The notes under the pieces: generated by a model
The model's database searches: none
What the model saw: only the letters and a program-made list of their open reading frames with translations
What the model was told of the DNA's origin: nothing
Made by a program: the position numbers and the translations under genes
Assembly: GCA_013334765.1 (NCBI GenBank)
Contig: JAAXWW010000003.1
Location: 49,354 to 113,353 of the forward strand
DNA from: Candidatus Moraniibacteriota bacterium
Lineage (GTDB): Bacteria > Patescibacteriota > Minisyncoccia > Moranbacterales > UBA2206
Length of the DNA: 64,000 nt
Direction: 5' to 3'
Shown: positions 35,593 to 45,261 of the stretch, in pieces
How the letters are laid out: each line of letters starts with the position of its first letter
Position numbering within the stretch: position 1 is the stretch's first letter

Positions 35593-36570
35593 CTATTTCA
35601 AATATTTTTCAATATTGGCTTTGTGATCTTCGAATGTTGCGGCGCAATGGATCTGCCGGTCGCTGTCATGGAGATAATATAGGCAATCTGTCTCTTGGGA
35701 ATGCAGCACTGCGTCGATTGCGGCAAGCCCTGAATTGCAGATCGGATGAGGAGGCAAGCCTTTGTATTTGTATGTGTTGTATGGGGAATCGATATTGCCT
35801 ATGTCCGCCGATTTGATCGGCGCCCACCAACCGTCACCAGTGTTGCCGCGCGCATATTGGACAGTCGCGTCGATCTGAAGATTCATTCCTTGATTGAGGC
35901 GGTTCCAGAGTATTCCCGCAATAAGAGGCATGTCGTCTTTTCCTGCCGCTTCCCGCTGGATGAGAGACGCCATAGTGAGTCCGGTTGTCCATTTGATATT
36001 CTGCTGGGCGAACTGGGTGACATATGGAGCGAACTCTTCATCGAATCGCCTGCTCATCCGATTGGCAATATCCAGCCCGTTCTCGCTTTTGGGAATGAGA
36101 TATGTGTCAGGAAAATATGTCCCTTCGACATAATCGGCTTTCATTTTGGTATATACGGTGTTCCATTTTTCGAGATCTTCATCGCTCCAGCCGAATGTTT
36201 TTGCTAGAATTTCCCCGATCTGCTCTTTTCTGAAACCTTCGGGAATCACTACCCAATCCATATCAGGAGAAGATGCGATCTTTGCGGCTATCTGCCAGGC
36301 TGTCATATTTTTGGACAAGTAATAACCTCCGGACGATATCTGGTTGCGCTTCAAAAAAAGCATGGCCTTAAAGACTGATTTATTCTTGATCAACCCTTGT
36401 TTTTTCAATTTATCCAATGTTTGGGATTCCGTCTGATTCCGATTGATGATAAAGACGACTTTTTCCTCTTGAGATTGAGGCGCGGAAAAGAACGAGCGGT
36501 ATGCGACAAAAAAACAAACGGCGACAAGCAGCGATACTCCGACAATGATACTGATTTTTTTCTTATTCAT
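35593..36570 (-). CDS. mltG: endolytic murein transglycosylase MltG (YceG family)
   Basis: N-terminal TM. C-terminal YKGLPPHPICNSGLAAIDAVLHSQETDCLYYL matches the MltG signature. Confidence 0.8.
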   Translation of the reverse strand: MNKKKISIIVGVSLLVAVCFFVAYRSFFSAPQSQEEKVVFIINRNQTESQTLDKLKKQGLIKNKSVFKAMLFLKRNQISSGGYYLSKNMTAWQIAAKIASSPDMDWVVIPEGFRKEQIGEILAKTFGWSDEDLEKWNTVYTKMKADYVEGTYFPDTYLIPKSENGLDIANRMSRRFDEEFAPYVTQFAQQNIKWTTGLTMASLIQREAAGKDDMPLIAGILWNRLNQGMNLQIDATVQYARGNTGDGWWAPIKSADIGNIDSPYNTYKYKGLPPHPICNSGLAAIDAVLHSQETDCLYYLHDSDRQIHCAATFEDHKANIEKYLK

Positions 36571-36613
36571 CTTTAGAGTTTCCCATAGTTGAACGAAAAA
36601 GGCAAAGTTTTGA

Positions 36614-38821
36614 TTACAAAGCCAGACGTGCGATAAGATAAGAGACTGTCGATTCGGCTCCTTGATTGAAATTGACTATTTTGTTCCCTACTCCATCATA
36701 GGAACCTCCCGTGGCATGGTCATAAACCACTTGACCCAAGATGTTGTTTCCCAGGAACCAGTTGAAAGCGCTGCGCATCAAAACTTCATATTCCCTGTCT
36801 CCGGATGTTTCGCGAGCCGCCTTGAGCGCTAGAACCAAAGCAGTGATTTCTTCCGGCTGCTGATCGAAAATCGCTTTTTCCTTTCCCCTTTCATACCAGC
36901 CGCCTTGTCCGATGGGAACGCATATATCCGCTTCGAAAGAATTGGCAACCAAAAAATCGAGCGTTGATTTGGCGACATTGAAATATCTTTGATTGCCGGT
37001 TATCTTATACGCTAGAAATAAAGCTTCCGGCATCACGCCGTTGGAATAGGTCAAAGCATTTTCGAACCACTGCCATTGAGGATGGCTGTTTTCCTGATAA
37101 AGGCAAACCAGATATTCGCAATATTTTTCCATGATTTTCTTGTATTTTTCATCATTGTCATAATCAAGCCAAGCGCTTATGGCTTTTATATAGAAAGCTG
37201 CTGTTCTCGGTTCGCGAATGACCATGTCCGCGTTGAATTTTTCCTTGAAAATCCCGGCAGCCTCATCCCTGATTTCTGACGGCATATTCTTTGAAGCTGC
37301 AACTACGGCTAGCGCATACATGCCGCGAGCATAGGCATCACCCAGGTCTTCCGTCGTGTTGCGCCCCACATGGAATGACTTGTCATGATTGATATAGTTG
37401 TTCCATCCTGGATAACTGAAAGCATACTTTATGAAGTCCAGATAAATCCTGGCCAGCTTCAGAGCTGTCGCTTCTTTCAATTTTTCATAGTGCTGCGTGA
37501 CGGCGATCAAAGCTCTTGCGTTATCATCAAGCGTATATCCTGACTCAGGATCCGGTTCGGTGAATTTGGCGAATTGGAACATTCCGAAATTGTCTGTAAG
37601 CTTCCTGAATTGTTTCAGCTTTATCTTTGGCAGGTTTTTTTCCTGAATCCTGAGTTCCGGAACTATCAGTTTGAATTTTTTCATATAGGCATGAGCGACA
37701 TTCTGCCAGGTCATATGGCGCGTCCTGATATAGGCGACTTTGCCCATTTCCGTGCGCAGCGCTTTATTTCGTAGAAGCTCGATGATTGCCTTGCTGATCA
37801 GCTGGGGGTTCCTGAACGCCACCAAGCGGCCCACATCATCAGTAACGTCTTCTTTGGCTTGAGCGAAGGCGGTAGAAATCACCGGACGTCCGGCTCCAAG
37901 CGCATAAGAAAGCGTCCCAGAAACTGCCTGATTAGGATCAAGGGATAGGGAAAGATATATGTCTGTAGCCCGTAAAAACCGCAATATTCTGGCAGTCAAA
38001 AAATATTTATTGTGAAAGACTACGTTCTTTTCAATGCCTAATTTGGAAACTAGCGCTTCAAGCTCGTTGCGATAGGCTTCGCCTTCTTTTTTCAGAATAA
38101 CTGGATGTGTCGCGCCGACGATATGATAGACTGCTCGGGGAAATTCTTTGACAACTTCAGCCATAGCTCCTATGGCATATTCGATACCCTTTCCCCTGTT
38201 CAGAAGACCGAAGGTTGTCAGCACCGTCTGACCTTTCAAACCAAGCGCTGTTTTTGCGGCAGAAGTGCTCTGATATTGGCTAGCATGTATCCCGTGCGGA
38301 ACCACGCTGATCTTCTCCGGATTGATGAGATAATCACTTATGAGTATTTTCCTGGATGTTTCAGTCATAACGAACATCGTCCTCACATAATCGTTTATGA
38401 CTTTTATCATCTTTTTCTGCTCCTCGAAAAACTGGCTGGATGGCGACACAACCGTGTGGAGTATGATCACGACGGGCTTTTTTATTTCCTGAAGTAAATA
38501 AAGCAGATCCGAACCGCTTTTCCCGCCATAAATTCCGAATTCATGCTGGATGCAGACAAGCTTGACTTGCGGCAAATCATTAAGCTTTTGTGCCGCTTTT
38601 ATATAATCCTCCTTTTTTTCCTGACGGATTCTTGCTATGACAGACTTGGAATATTCCTCATTCGATCCATTGAAATCCATAGCCACGATCTTCGATTCTT
38701 CTCTTGGAAGAAAAAGTTCATCGAACGTATCGATAAGATCTTTGGTGAAAGTAGCGATGCCGCATTCTCTTGGAGGAAAAGTCGACAAATGGACTATCCA
38801 CGAGCTATTTTTCTGTTTCAT
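36614..38821 (-). CDS. fusion: GT4 glycosyltransferase (N) plus (alpha/alpha)6-barrel glycoside-hydrolase/epimerase-like domain (C)
   Basis: N-terminal half has a GT-B C-domain motif LSYALGAGRPVISTAFAQAKEDV. C-terminal ~330 aa is helical and Trp-rich (TLDDNARALIAVTQHY..., WQWFENALTYSNG) as in six-hairpin GH15/GH63/AGE enzymes. Confidence 0.5.
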   Translation of the reverse strand: MKQKNSSWIVHLSTFPPRECGIATFTKDLIDTFDELFLPREESKIVAMDFNGSNEEYSKSVIARIRQEKKEDYIKAAQKLNDLPQVKLVCIQHEFGIYGGKSGSDLLYLLQEIKKPVVIILHTVVSPSSQFFEEQKKMIKVINDYVRTMFVMTETSRKILISDYLINPEKISVVPHGIHASQYQSTSAAKTALGLKGQTVLTTFGLLNRGKGIEYAIGAMAEVVKEFPRAVYHIVGATHPVILKKEGEAYRNELEALVSKLGIEKNVVFHNKYFLTARILRFLRATDIYLSLSLDPNQAVSGTLSYALGAGRPVISTAFAQAKEDVTDDVGRLVAFRNPQLISKAIIELLRNKALRTEMGKVAYIRTRHMTWQNVAHAYMKKFKLIVPELRIQEKNLPKIKLKQFRKLTDNFGMFQFAKFTEPDPESGYTLDDNARALIAVTQHYEKLKEATALKLARIYLDFIKYAFSYPGWNNYINHDKSFHVGRNTTEDLGDAYARGMYALAVVAASKNMPSEIRDEAAGIFKEKFNADMVIREPRTAAFYIKAISAWLDYDNDEKYKKIMEKYCEYLVCLYQENSHPQWQWFENALTYSNGVMPEALFLAYKITGNQRYFNVAKSTLDFLVANSFEADICVPIGQGGWYERGKEKAIFDQQPEEITALVLALKAARETSGDREYEVLMRSAFNWFLGNNILGQVVYDHATGGSYDGVGNKIVNFNQGAESTVSYLIARLAL

Positions 38822-38833
38822 GATGGTTGGTAT

Positions 38834-39859
38834 TTAATGGTTAACGGGGAATTTCTTGAGCTCTGACATAAGGCTATCAATTTTGATGACCTTGGCCGCG
38901 ATCCTTCTGTCAGCTGCGCCATAAAAAATAACCAAATCTTCGCCATCAATGAAAGCTGCCGTTGGAAAAACCACGTTAGCGACATCTCCATCCTTTTCCC
39001 AACTTTCCTCAGGAGAAAAGAGCGGTTCAGGAAGCCTGGCTATGACTTTCCCTGGATCATTCTTGTCCAGCAAGGCTGCGCTCGCTCGATATATATGGCC
39101 CGACAAACTGTCTTCCACTGCATGATATATCAGAAGCCAGCCGTCTTCGGTTTCCAGCGGCGGGCATCCTCCGCCGATTTTCCTGCTTTCATACCAATAT
39201 TTCGGATCAAGAACAATACTGTGCGATAACTCGAACAACTGATTAATCCAGAATTCATTAGTCAGTTCAGAAAAATCATCGAAATATACGATCTGCATTC
39301 CTGGCATTACCCGATTGAGCATAGCGAATCTTCCATTGATTTTTTTCGGGAACAACAGCATATCCTTGCTCCAAAGCTTGACGTTCTTACCGATTGATTC
39401 CTTATAATGCCTTCCATACCAAACATATTTTTCAGGCACGTTAGTCTTTTCGAATATTTCCAAAGCCAAATCATATGAGATGATTGGGGAAATGATCCCA
39501 TGCTTTTTGAAAGTCTTGAAATCTTTCGTAGTCGCATAAGCCTCAAGCGCATTTATGCCGTCATAAACAGAATAAAAAACATAATATATTCCCTCGCATT
39601 CGACTATGCGCGGGTCTTCCAGCCCGTGTTTCTCGTATTCATGTTCGGGAGAAAGCACAGGATAATTCAACCGTTCTATGACCTTGAAATCCTTCAATTT
39701 GCAATATCCTATGGTTGAAAGATTGCCTTCATGCACTGCTCGATAGAGCATATGAACCGTATCACCGATCTTGATGCAGCCGGGATTAAGCACAGCTTGA
39801 TTTTCAAAATCAAGCTCTGTCCTTTCAAGTATTATTCCTTTATTTTCAATTTTGATCAT
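38834..39859 (-). CDS. GH130-family glycoside phosphorylase/hydrolase (beta-mannoside phosphorylase-like)
   Basis: AVLNPGCIKIGDTVHMLYRAV, EDPRIVECEGIYYVFYSVYDG and later DGWLLIYHAVE match Glyco_hydro_130 blades. Confidence 0.7.
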   Translation of the reverse strand: MIKIENKGIILERTELDFENQAVLNPGCIKIGDTVHMLYRAVHEGNLSTIGYCKLKDFKVIERLNYPVLSPEHEYEKHGLEDPRIVECEGIYYVFYSVYDGINALEAYATTKDFKTFKKHGIISPIISYDLALEIFEKTNVPEKYVWYGRHYKESIGKNVKLWSKDMLLFPKKINGRFAMLNRVMPGMQIVYFDDFSELTNEFWINQLFELSHSIVLDPKYWYESRKIGGGCPPLETEDGWLLIYHAVEDSLSGHIYRASAALLDKNDPGKVIARLPEPLFSPEESWEKDGDVANVVFPTAAFIDGEDLVIFYGAADRRIAAKVIKIDSLMSELKKFPVNH

Positions 39860-40165
39860 TTTTTATATTCTTATTGGTTATACGTCATGCAGACCATTCG
39901 GATGCGTATTGCCTGAAAAAAAAGTCCTGAACAAATATTCAGGACCAATAAAACTAGAACATAACGATGAACGAGAAAAAACACTATCCGAGTGGAAATT
40001 AAAAAAGATAATGGTACTTATATATCTGATTTAATGATTAGATGGCTTTATCAAGCCTTGATTCATTTTTTTTATATTTAATTATAGCATGATGCTCAAA
40101 AAAATTCCAGGACAAGAAAAAAAGCTCGGCTTCCCAAGCTCTTTTTGTGTAGCTAAATTCAGTTG

Positions 40166-40564
40166 TTATTCAGTCGTTTTTCCGTCAAATTCAGCGTCAT
40201 TAGCCTCGGCTTCTTCTTTGGTGGATCTGATGATTCCGTCCTTGTGATGAGCCGGAGAATAGATCGTATACATTTTCAGATCCTCAGTGGCGGAAGTGTT
40301 GATCACGTTATGCTGAGCTCCGGCAGGAACGATGATCGCCACTCCATCCTTCAGCTCATATTCATTCCCGTCAATAATGCATTTTCCTTCTCCTTTTTCG
40401 AAACGGAAGAACTGGTCGTTTTCCTCATGGACTTCCATTCCGATCTCCTCTCCTGGAAGAAGGCTCATAAGAACCAACTGACTGTTCTTTCCTGTATAGA
40501 GCACCTTGCGGAAATTAATATTTTCCACGGTTTCCTTTTCGATGTTCGCAAAAAATCCTTTCAT
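40166..40564 (-). CDS. cupin-domain protein
   Basis: GEEIGMEVHEENDQFFRFEKGEGKCIIDG...IVPAGAQHNVIN is a cupin_2 metal-binding pattern. Confidence 0.6.
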   Translation of the reverse strand: MKGFFANIEKETVENINFRKVLYTGKNSQLVLMSLLPGEEIGMEVHEENDQFFRFEKGEGKCIIDGNEYELKDGVAIIVPAGAQHNVINTSATEDLKMYTIYSPAHHKDGIIRSTKEEAEANDAEFDGKTTE

Positions 40565-40652
40565 ATTATTTTTTATTAATGGTTATGCTTGTATTATAAA
40601 TCCTAACAGCCGTAATTACAATTCATTAAATAAGCATGCACACTAAAGAAAC

Positions 40653-41879
40653 CTAGCTTTTCGCTGCAAGCGCCTTTTTCATCATCGGACCGCTAATGAG
40701 GCTTGTCACTATAGCCATTACCAGGAGAGCCACGAAAACCCTTTCGTCTATTATTTTCGCCTGATAGGCAGAAGTGACAAGAATGACTCCCACTGCTCCC
40801 CTAGCGTTCATTCCGAACCCGACCGCCAAAGATTCCCTGGAGTTCAGCTTCGAAATCCTGGCTCCCAGCCAGACCCCGCCCACCTTTCCGATAGTGGCGA
40901 TCGCAATGACTATCAGCACTAAGGAAAGATCGAAATTCTTGGCCAGGTTCACACCCAAACCGACTGAAACGAAATACAAAGGAGAGAAAACGGACATAAC
41001 CACCTTGCGGAGAGAATCATGCATCTTGTGCGGCTCGCAATTGGAAAAAGCCAGCCCCACAAGGAAGGCCCCTAGGACAGCATGGATGCCGGAGCGTTCC
41101 GCCAGGGCGGATGAAGCAAGAACGAGCGCCACCGTCACTCCCAGGAACAGGTTATCGCCGTCCGTTCTCTTCTCGCACCAGGCCACCAGCTTCCCGGTCA
41201 ACCTGTTGCCATATGTGATGGCGAAGAAGAACATGGCCAGCACCACTCCCACGGTTATGAGCGGATTCATGTGCCCCGCTCCGCTAGGAACGAAATATGC
41301 AGTGAGAACCGCGAAGAGGATCCATCCGACAATATCGTCGATAGTGGCGGTAGCCAGGATGATCGAACCGACCTTGCTCTTGAGCATTCCCATATCCATC
41401 AGGATCCTCGCGATGACCGGAAGAGCGGAAATGGACAGGGCCGTTCCGATGAACAGCGGCAGAAGCAAACCGTTCTCAGACGGGACATAATCCCATATTT
41501 TCGGAAAAAGGAAAACGGAAGACGCTCCCAAGACAAAGGGGAATGCCGAGCCGAAGAGGCTCGTCCAAAGGATGGTCTTCTTCAGCTCTTTGACTTTGGA
41601 TAGATTCACTTCCAGCCCGACTATGAAAAGGAGAAGGATCGCTCCGAATTTCAAAAGCACATCCCTGGAAACGATGATCGGGCTGGAATAGGAGAAAAGC
41701 CAGTTCTGCGCTTCAGGGAAGAACGTTCCCATGATCGTCGGCCCGAAAACTATCCCGCCGATGAGCTCGCCGATGATTTTCGGCATCCCGAACTTATGAG
41801 CCAGGCGGCCGGAAAAGATCGCTACGAGAAGCAATATGGAAAAGGAGAATATGAATATGATCAAATCAGCGTGACACAT
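40653..41879 (-). CDS. monovalent cation:proton antiporter (CPA2/Kef-type membrane domain)
   Basis: 408 aa, 11-12 TM helices. GxxFGP and LLLFIVGLE motifs of Na+/H+ exchanger family. Confidence 0.7.
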   Translation of the reverse strand: MCHADLIIFIFSFSILLLVAIFSGRLAHKFGMPKIIGELIGGIVFGPTIMGTFFPEAQNWLFSYSSPIIVSRDVLLKFGAILLLFIVGLEVNLSKVKELKKTILWTSLFGSAFPFVLGASSVFLFPKIWDYVPSENGLLLPLFIGTALSISALPVIARILMDMGMLKSKVGSIILATATIDDIVGWILFAVLTAYFVPSGAGHMNPLITVGVVLAMFFFAITYGNRLTGKLVAWCEKRTDGDNLFLGVTVALVLASSALAERSGIHAVLGAFLVGLAFSNCEPHKMHDSLRKVVMSVFSPLYFVSVGLGVNLAKNFDLSLVLIVIAIATIGKVGGVWLGARISKLNSRESLAVGFGMNARGAVGVILVTSAYQAKIIDERVFVALLVMAIVTSLISGPMMKKALAAKS

Positions 41880-41941
41880 ATGTTTGATTTTAACTAATTT
41901 ATTTTACCTAAAATGCCAACTTCCAATAAAAACACTATCAG

Positions 41942-42014
41942 TGTCCTCGGCAGGAATCGGACCTGCGGCCTTCTGGACCGGAACCAGACGCTCTATCCAC
42001 TGAGCTACGAAGAC
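41942..42014 (-). tRNA. tRNA-Arg (anticodon CCG)
   Basis: Minus-strand sequence gtcttcg-ta-gctc-agtggata-gagc-g-tctgg-ttCCGgt-ccaga-aggcc-gcagg-tccgatt-cctgc-cgaggac folds as a cloverleaf with a 7/7 acceptor stem. Confidence 0.75.
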
Positions 42015-42068
42015 AATAAATTATTATTATTCTATTCAAGCAAGGATACCAACCATAATAGGGCGAGA

Positions 42069-43226
42069 TCAAAAATCCTTATGTCCGGAACTATTCAGTT
42101 CCTTTTTCGCTTTCTTGATGAACTTCCCGAACTGGCGGTCTTTTTCCTTTTTTTCCTTCCTGCTCATCTCATGATGTTCGGCTTCTTTTTTCAGGCTGAT
42201 ATAGTTGGAATATTTTTCCTTATCCAGTTTCCCTGACTCCAATTCAGAAAGCACATTGCAGCCTGGTTCCTGGATGTGCGTGCAGTCGGTATATTTGCAC
42301 TTTTCGGCTAGCGCTGCGATCTCGTCGAACAGTTCATCTATGCCTTCGAGCGCATCCGTCATCCCCACCTCGCGCACGCCGGGATTGTCGATAACGATGC
42401 CTCCGTCAGCCAGGAAATACATTTCCCGGCTCGTGGTGACATGCCTCCCTCTTCCTGAAAGCGATCCAATATCGCCTGTCTTCGCAGCCTCCGAACCAAG
42501 CAATCTGTTGATCAAAGTCGATTTCCCGACGCCCGATGAACCCAGGAAGCAATACGTCTTGCCTTTGACTATATATTTTTTCAATTCCTCCAGCCCTTCA
42601 AGAGTCTTGGTGCTGGTCGCGATGACATCAATATCGCCGAACCGCTCCTTGATCCGACTCAAACTCGAATCCAGTTCTTCCTGCGGAATCAAGTCTATCT
42701 TGTTGAGTATCATGGCCGGCTTCACCCCGCCGTCCTTCGCGATAGCGAAATAGCGTTCGAACCGGTTCAGGTTGAAGTCCCTGCCGACGGATTCGACAAT
42801 GAAAGCCACGTCGACATTCGCGGCTATGACCTGGACTTCGCTTTTTTCGCCGACTCTGTTCCTGTCCCCATATTTCCTTTTGATTATCGTCCTTCTGGGC
42901 AACACGCCCCTGATCACCCACTGTTCTTTGTCGGCCTCAGAAATCGCCACCCAATCACCCACGGCAGGATAATCCTCTCTCGATGCAGCCTTCCATATCT
43001 GCTTTCCGGTGATCTTGGCCGGATATTCGCCGTTGGCGTTCCTGACCCGATAACCGCCCCTATGTTCAGCGACCACTCTGGCGACTTCAAAACCGTCCAA
43101 CCCGAGTTCTGTCCGGTTGGATTCGAAAAAGCCGTCATAGCCCAAGTCTTCGATTTTCATTATTTCTGCATCCATTCCGTCATTGTAGCATAAAAACAGG
43201 GTTTTATCCCTGCTTTCAAAGTTCAT
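42069..43226 (-). CDS. rsgA: ribosome small-subunit-dependent GTPase A (RsgA/YjeQ) with Lys-rich C-terminal extension
   Basis: Circularly permuted GTPase order: NKIDL (G4) before GSSGVGKSTLINRL (G1). Zn-finger CKYTDCTHIQEPGC. Confidence 0.85.
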   Translation of the reverse strand: MNFESRDKTLFLCYNDGMDAEIMKIEDLGYDGFFESNRTELGLDGFEVARVVAEHRGGYRVRNANGEYPAKITGKQIWKAASREDYPAVGDWVAISEADKEQWVIRGVLPRRTIIKRKYGDRNRVGEKSEVQVIAANVDVAFIVESVGRDFNLNRFERYFAIAKDGGVKPAMILNKIDLIPQEELDSSLSRIKERFGDIDVIATSTKTLEGLEELKKYIVKGKTYCFLGSSGVGKSTLINRLLGSEAAKTGDIGSLSGRGRHVTTSREMYFLADGGIVIDNPGVREVGMTDALEGIDELFDEIAALAEKCKYTDCTHIQEPGCNVLSELESGKLDKEKYSNYISLKKEAEHHEMSRKEKKEKDRQFGKFIKKAKKELNSSGHKDF

Positions 43227-43276
43227 GACAAGCTGTTTATATTCCTTTGCAATCAGTCTTGATAGATTGCAAATCC

Positions 43277-44128
43277 CTACAACACAGTCCCGAAATCGAT
43301 ATCCTTGGCATAATCGACTTTGCCTTCATGCTTTCCCATCGTATGTTCAGAGGACTGGCTGGTATATTCAAGGATTATTTTCTTTTTCTCTTCAACTGAC
43401 AGATCCTTGTTATTTATAGCAGGTCCGCCGATACATCCGCCATCGCAGTTGAGCAAATCCAAGAATCGATATTTCGATTCCCCCGTCTTGATGTCTTCCA
43501 ATATCTTTCTGATATTCAATATGCCATCAGTCACCGATATCTCCCCTTCTTTGAAAAGCTTTCCCAAATGGGAAGTCGAGGCCAACCCTCCCGAGATAGG
43601 ATATATTTTGGTATATTCCCTGACAAAAGAGTCGAAATAATAATCTTTCTTGAAATCATCTTCTTTGATGCCTTCTTCATTAAAAATCTGTTTCAGTTCT
43701 TGGAGAGTCATGACCGCATCTATGAAATCCGGGAATTTCGGCGCCTCGATATTCTCTTTGGCATGGCAAGGAGAGATGAAAACAACTTTGTAATCCGGAT
43801 GATGCTTTTTATAGATCATAGCCATAGCCGCCATCGGAGAAACTATCGGCATCAGAAATTCCGCAAATTCAGGATACTGCGATTGAATGAACGATACGAC
43901 AGTGGGGCAAGGAGAGGAAATGAAAAGCTTCTGATCGGGATGGCTTTTGACATAATCAGCGTATGCCCAGTTGACCATTCTCGCTCCGTATGTCAGCTCC
44001 GTAACCTTATCGAATCCGAGATGGCGGAGCATTCCGATGATATTCGGATACTTGAAATCAAGAGCGAAAGTCGGTGCCAGCATCGCTATCGATTTATTGT
44101 TTTTTATGAGGTCTGCTTTTTTATTCAT
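43277..44128 (-). CDS. [FeFe]-hydrogenase H-cluster-domain-like protein (minimal, no accessory FeS domains)
   Basis: L1-like ISSPCP, L2-like FISPCHAKENIE (MPCxxKxxE pattern), L3-like LLNCDGGCIGGP (CxxGCxxGG). 283 aa. Confidence 0.5.
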   Translation of the reverse strand: MNKKADLIKNNKSIAMLAPTFALDFKYPNIIGMLRHLGFDKVTELTYGARMVNWAYADYVKSHPDQKLFISSPCPTVVSFIQSQYPEFAEFLMPIVSPMAAMAMIYKKHHPDYKVVFISPCHAKENIEAPKFPDFIDAVMTLQELKQIFNEEGIKEDDFKKDYYFDSFVREYTKIYPISGGLASTSHLGKLFKEGEISVTDGILNIRKILEDIKTGESKYRFLDLLNCDGGCIGGPAINNKDLSVEEKKKIILEYTSQSSEHTMGKHEGKVDYAKDIDFGTVL

Positions 44129-44187
44129 ATTTTGTTTATTTTAATCATTTTTTCCATTCTACCACGAAAAACATCTTTCATAATTCT

Positions 44188-44553
44188 TTATTGCATTTTA
44201 GTCCAGCCTCGTCTGATGATTTCAGACTTGAAGAATCTCTCTTGGAAATCAACAGCCTTGATGATATCTTCATTGCTTACATTTTCTACCGATGATGGGA
44301 TAATTATAAGCTTATCATCTCGGTCATTGGTCCTATGAACCACGGCAATGCACTTTCCGGTATATTTTTCGACCGGATAATCTATGCCGATGAGATATGC
44401 GTCTATTTCTTCCCCATCAGGAGCCTTGGTGTCCGGAACAAATCCATAATTAACGCCATACACGAATCCGTATTTCGGATGCTTCGAACCGATCGGACGG
44501 TCGATATTTATTCCTATTTCCTTGCCGATGAATCGGGTGACGTAATTTTCCAT
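44188..44553 (-). CDS. inorganic-pyrophosphatase-like protein, N-terminally truncated and probably degenerate
   Basis: NYGFVPDTKAPDGEEIDAYLIG aligns with family I PPase YGYI..T.SLDGDPVDVLV but with Asp-to-Glu changes. C-terminal DDKLIIIP...FQERFF is also PPase-like. Only 121 aa against ~175. Confidence 0.4.
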   Translation of the reverse strand: MENYVTRFIGKEIGINIDRPIGSKHPKYGFVYGVNYGFVPDTKAPDGEEIDAYLIGIDYPVEKYTGKCIAVVHRTNDRDDKLIIIPSSVENVSNEDIIKAVDFQERFFKSEIIRRGWTKMQ

Positions 44554-44595
44554 GGATTCATACTATCAGAAATTGAAATTCAATGGTAGTTGGAT

Positions 44596-44620
44596 AAAAA
44601 AATACCTATCCAATGAGTGC
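44596..44620 (-). terminator. recurrent terminator motif T2 (degenerate copy 1 of 4)
   Basis: Plus strand AAAAAAATACCTATCCAATGAGTGC. Minus-strand RNA gives stem cacuca/uaggua (weakened) plus U-run. Confidence 0.4.
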
Positions 44621-44667
44621 TTCTATTTCTTGCAACTGGTTAGCAATTCTCAGTATTATAAACCTCT

Positions 44668-44706
44668 TAAAAAAAGAAAGGGGAGCCAGCAATCTGCCAA
44701 CTCCCC
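44668..44706 (-). terminator. rho-independent terminator
   Basis: Minus strand ggggagttggcagattgctggctcccc followed by tttcttttttt. Confidence 0.55.
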
Positions 44707-44755
44707 CATAGAAGCCTCTAGAAATCATCCGATATCATTCATTCTGACTATTATC

Positions 44756-45223
44756 TTAATTACTTTCATCTTTATTGCTATTCTCTCCAATCTCTCCCGT
44801 AGGCTCGTTCCCATGCAACAAAAGCGGCGCCACCTCAATAATTTTTTTGGTCGACGGACGAAATAATATTGCCTGTTTGGCATCGGCATAAATCAGGACC
44901 TTATCTCCGTTTTCAGCTTTTTTGAAAAAACTCTGGTCTTTTAATTTCTCTTTATCCTGAACAGTAGCCATTGAAGGCGTTCCTTCAGGAAGTTCCATCA
45001 ATTTACCAAGCTCGGAAATTACAAATTGCGTTTCTTCCTGAGAAACCACTTGCGGATTGTCTTTAATTTTTTTGTACTGCTTGTAATAATACGCGGCTAC
45101 CCCAGCGAGTCCGACGATTATCAGAAAAACGATAACTTTGAAAAAATATTTCCTTTTTTTCTTCGGCTGCGCGGTAACTGCCGCTTCTTCTCTTGAAATT
45201 TCTTCTGCAATTTTTCTCGCCAT
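44756..45223 (-). CDS. membrane-anchored small protein, paralogue of 50657-51061
   Basis: N-terminal KKKRK plus TM. The ectodomain SFFKKAENGDKVLIYADAKQAILFRPSTKKIIEV aligns with DFFAAAEKNDRVYYFENQ...LYRPETESIINI of the other copy. Confidence 0.55.
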   Translation of the reverse strand: MARKIAEEISREEAAVTAQPKKKRKYFFKVIVFLIIVGLAGVAAYYYKQYKKIKDNPQVVSQEETQFVISELGKLMELPEGTPSMATVQDKEKLKDQSFFKKAENGDKVLIYADAKQAILFRPSTKKIIEVAPLLLHGNEPTGEIGENSNKDESN

Positions 45224-45261
45224 ATTTTTTGATTAAATTATTTATTTTGTTTTTATTAACG

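Noticed and set aside
40774-41490. 238-aa plus-strand ORF
   Set aside because: Antisense to the CPA2 antiporter gene.
43568-44338. 256-aa plus-strand ORF
   Set aside because: Antisense to the hydrogenase-like and PPase-like genes. Spans an intergenic gap.
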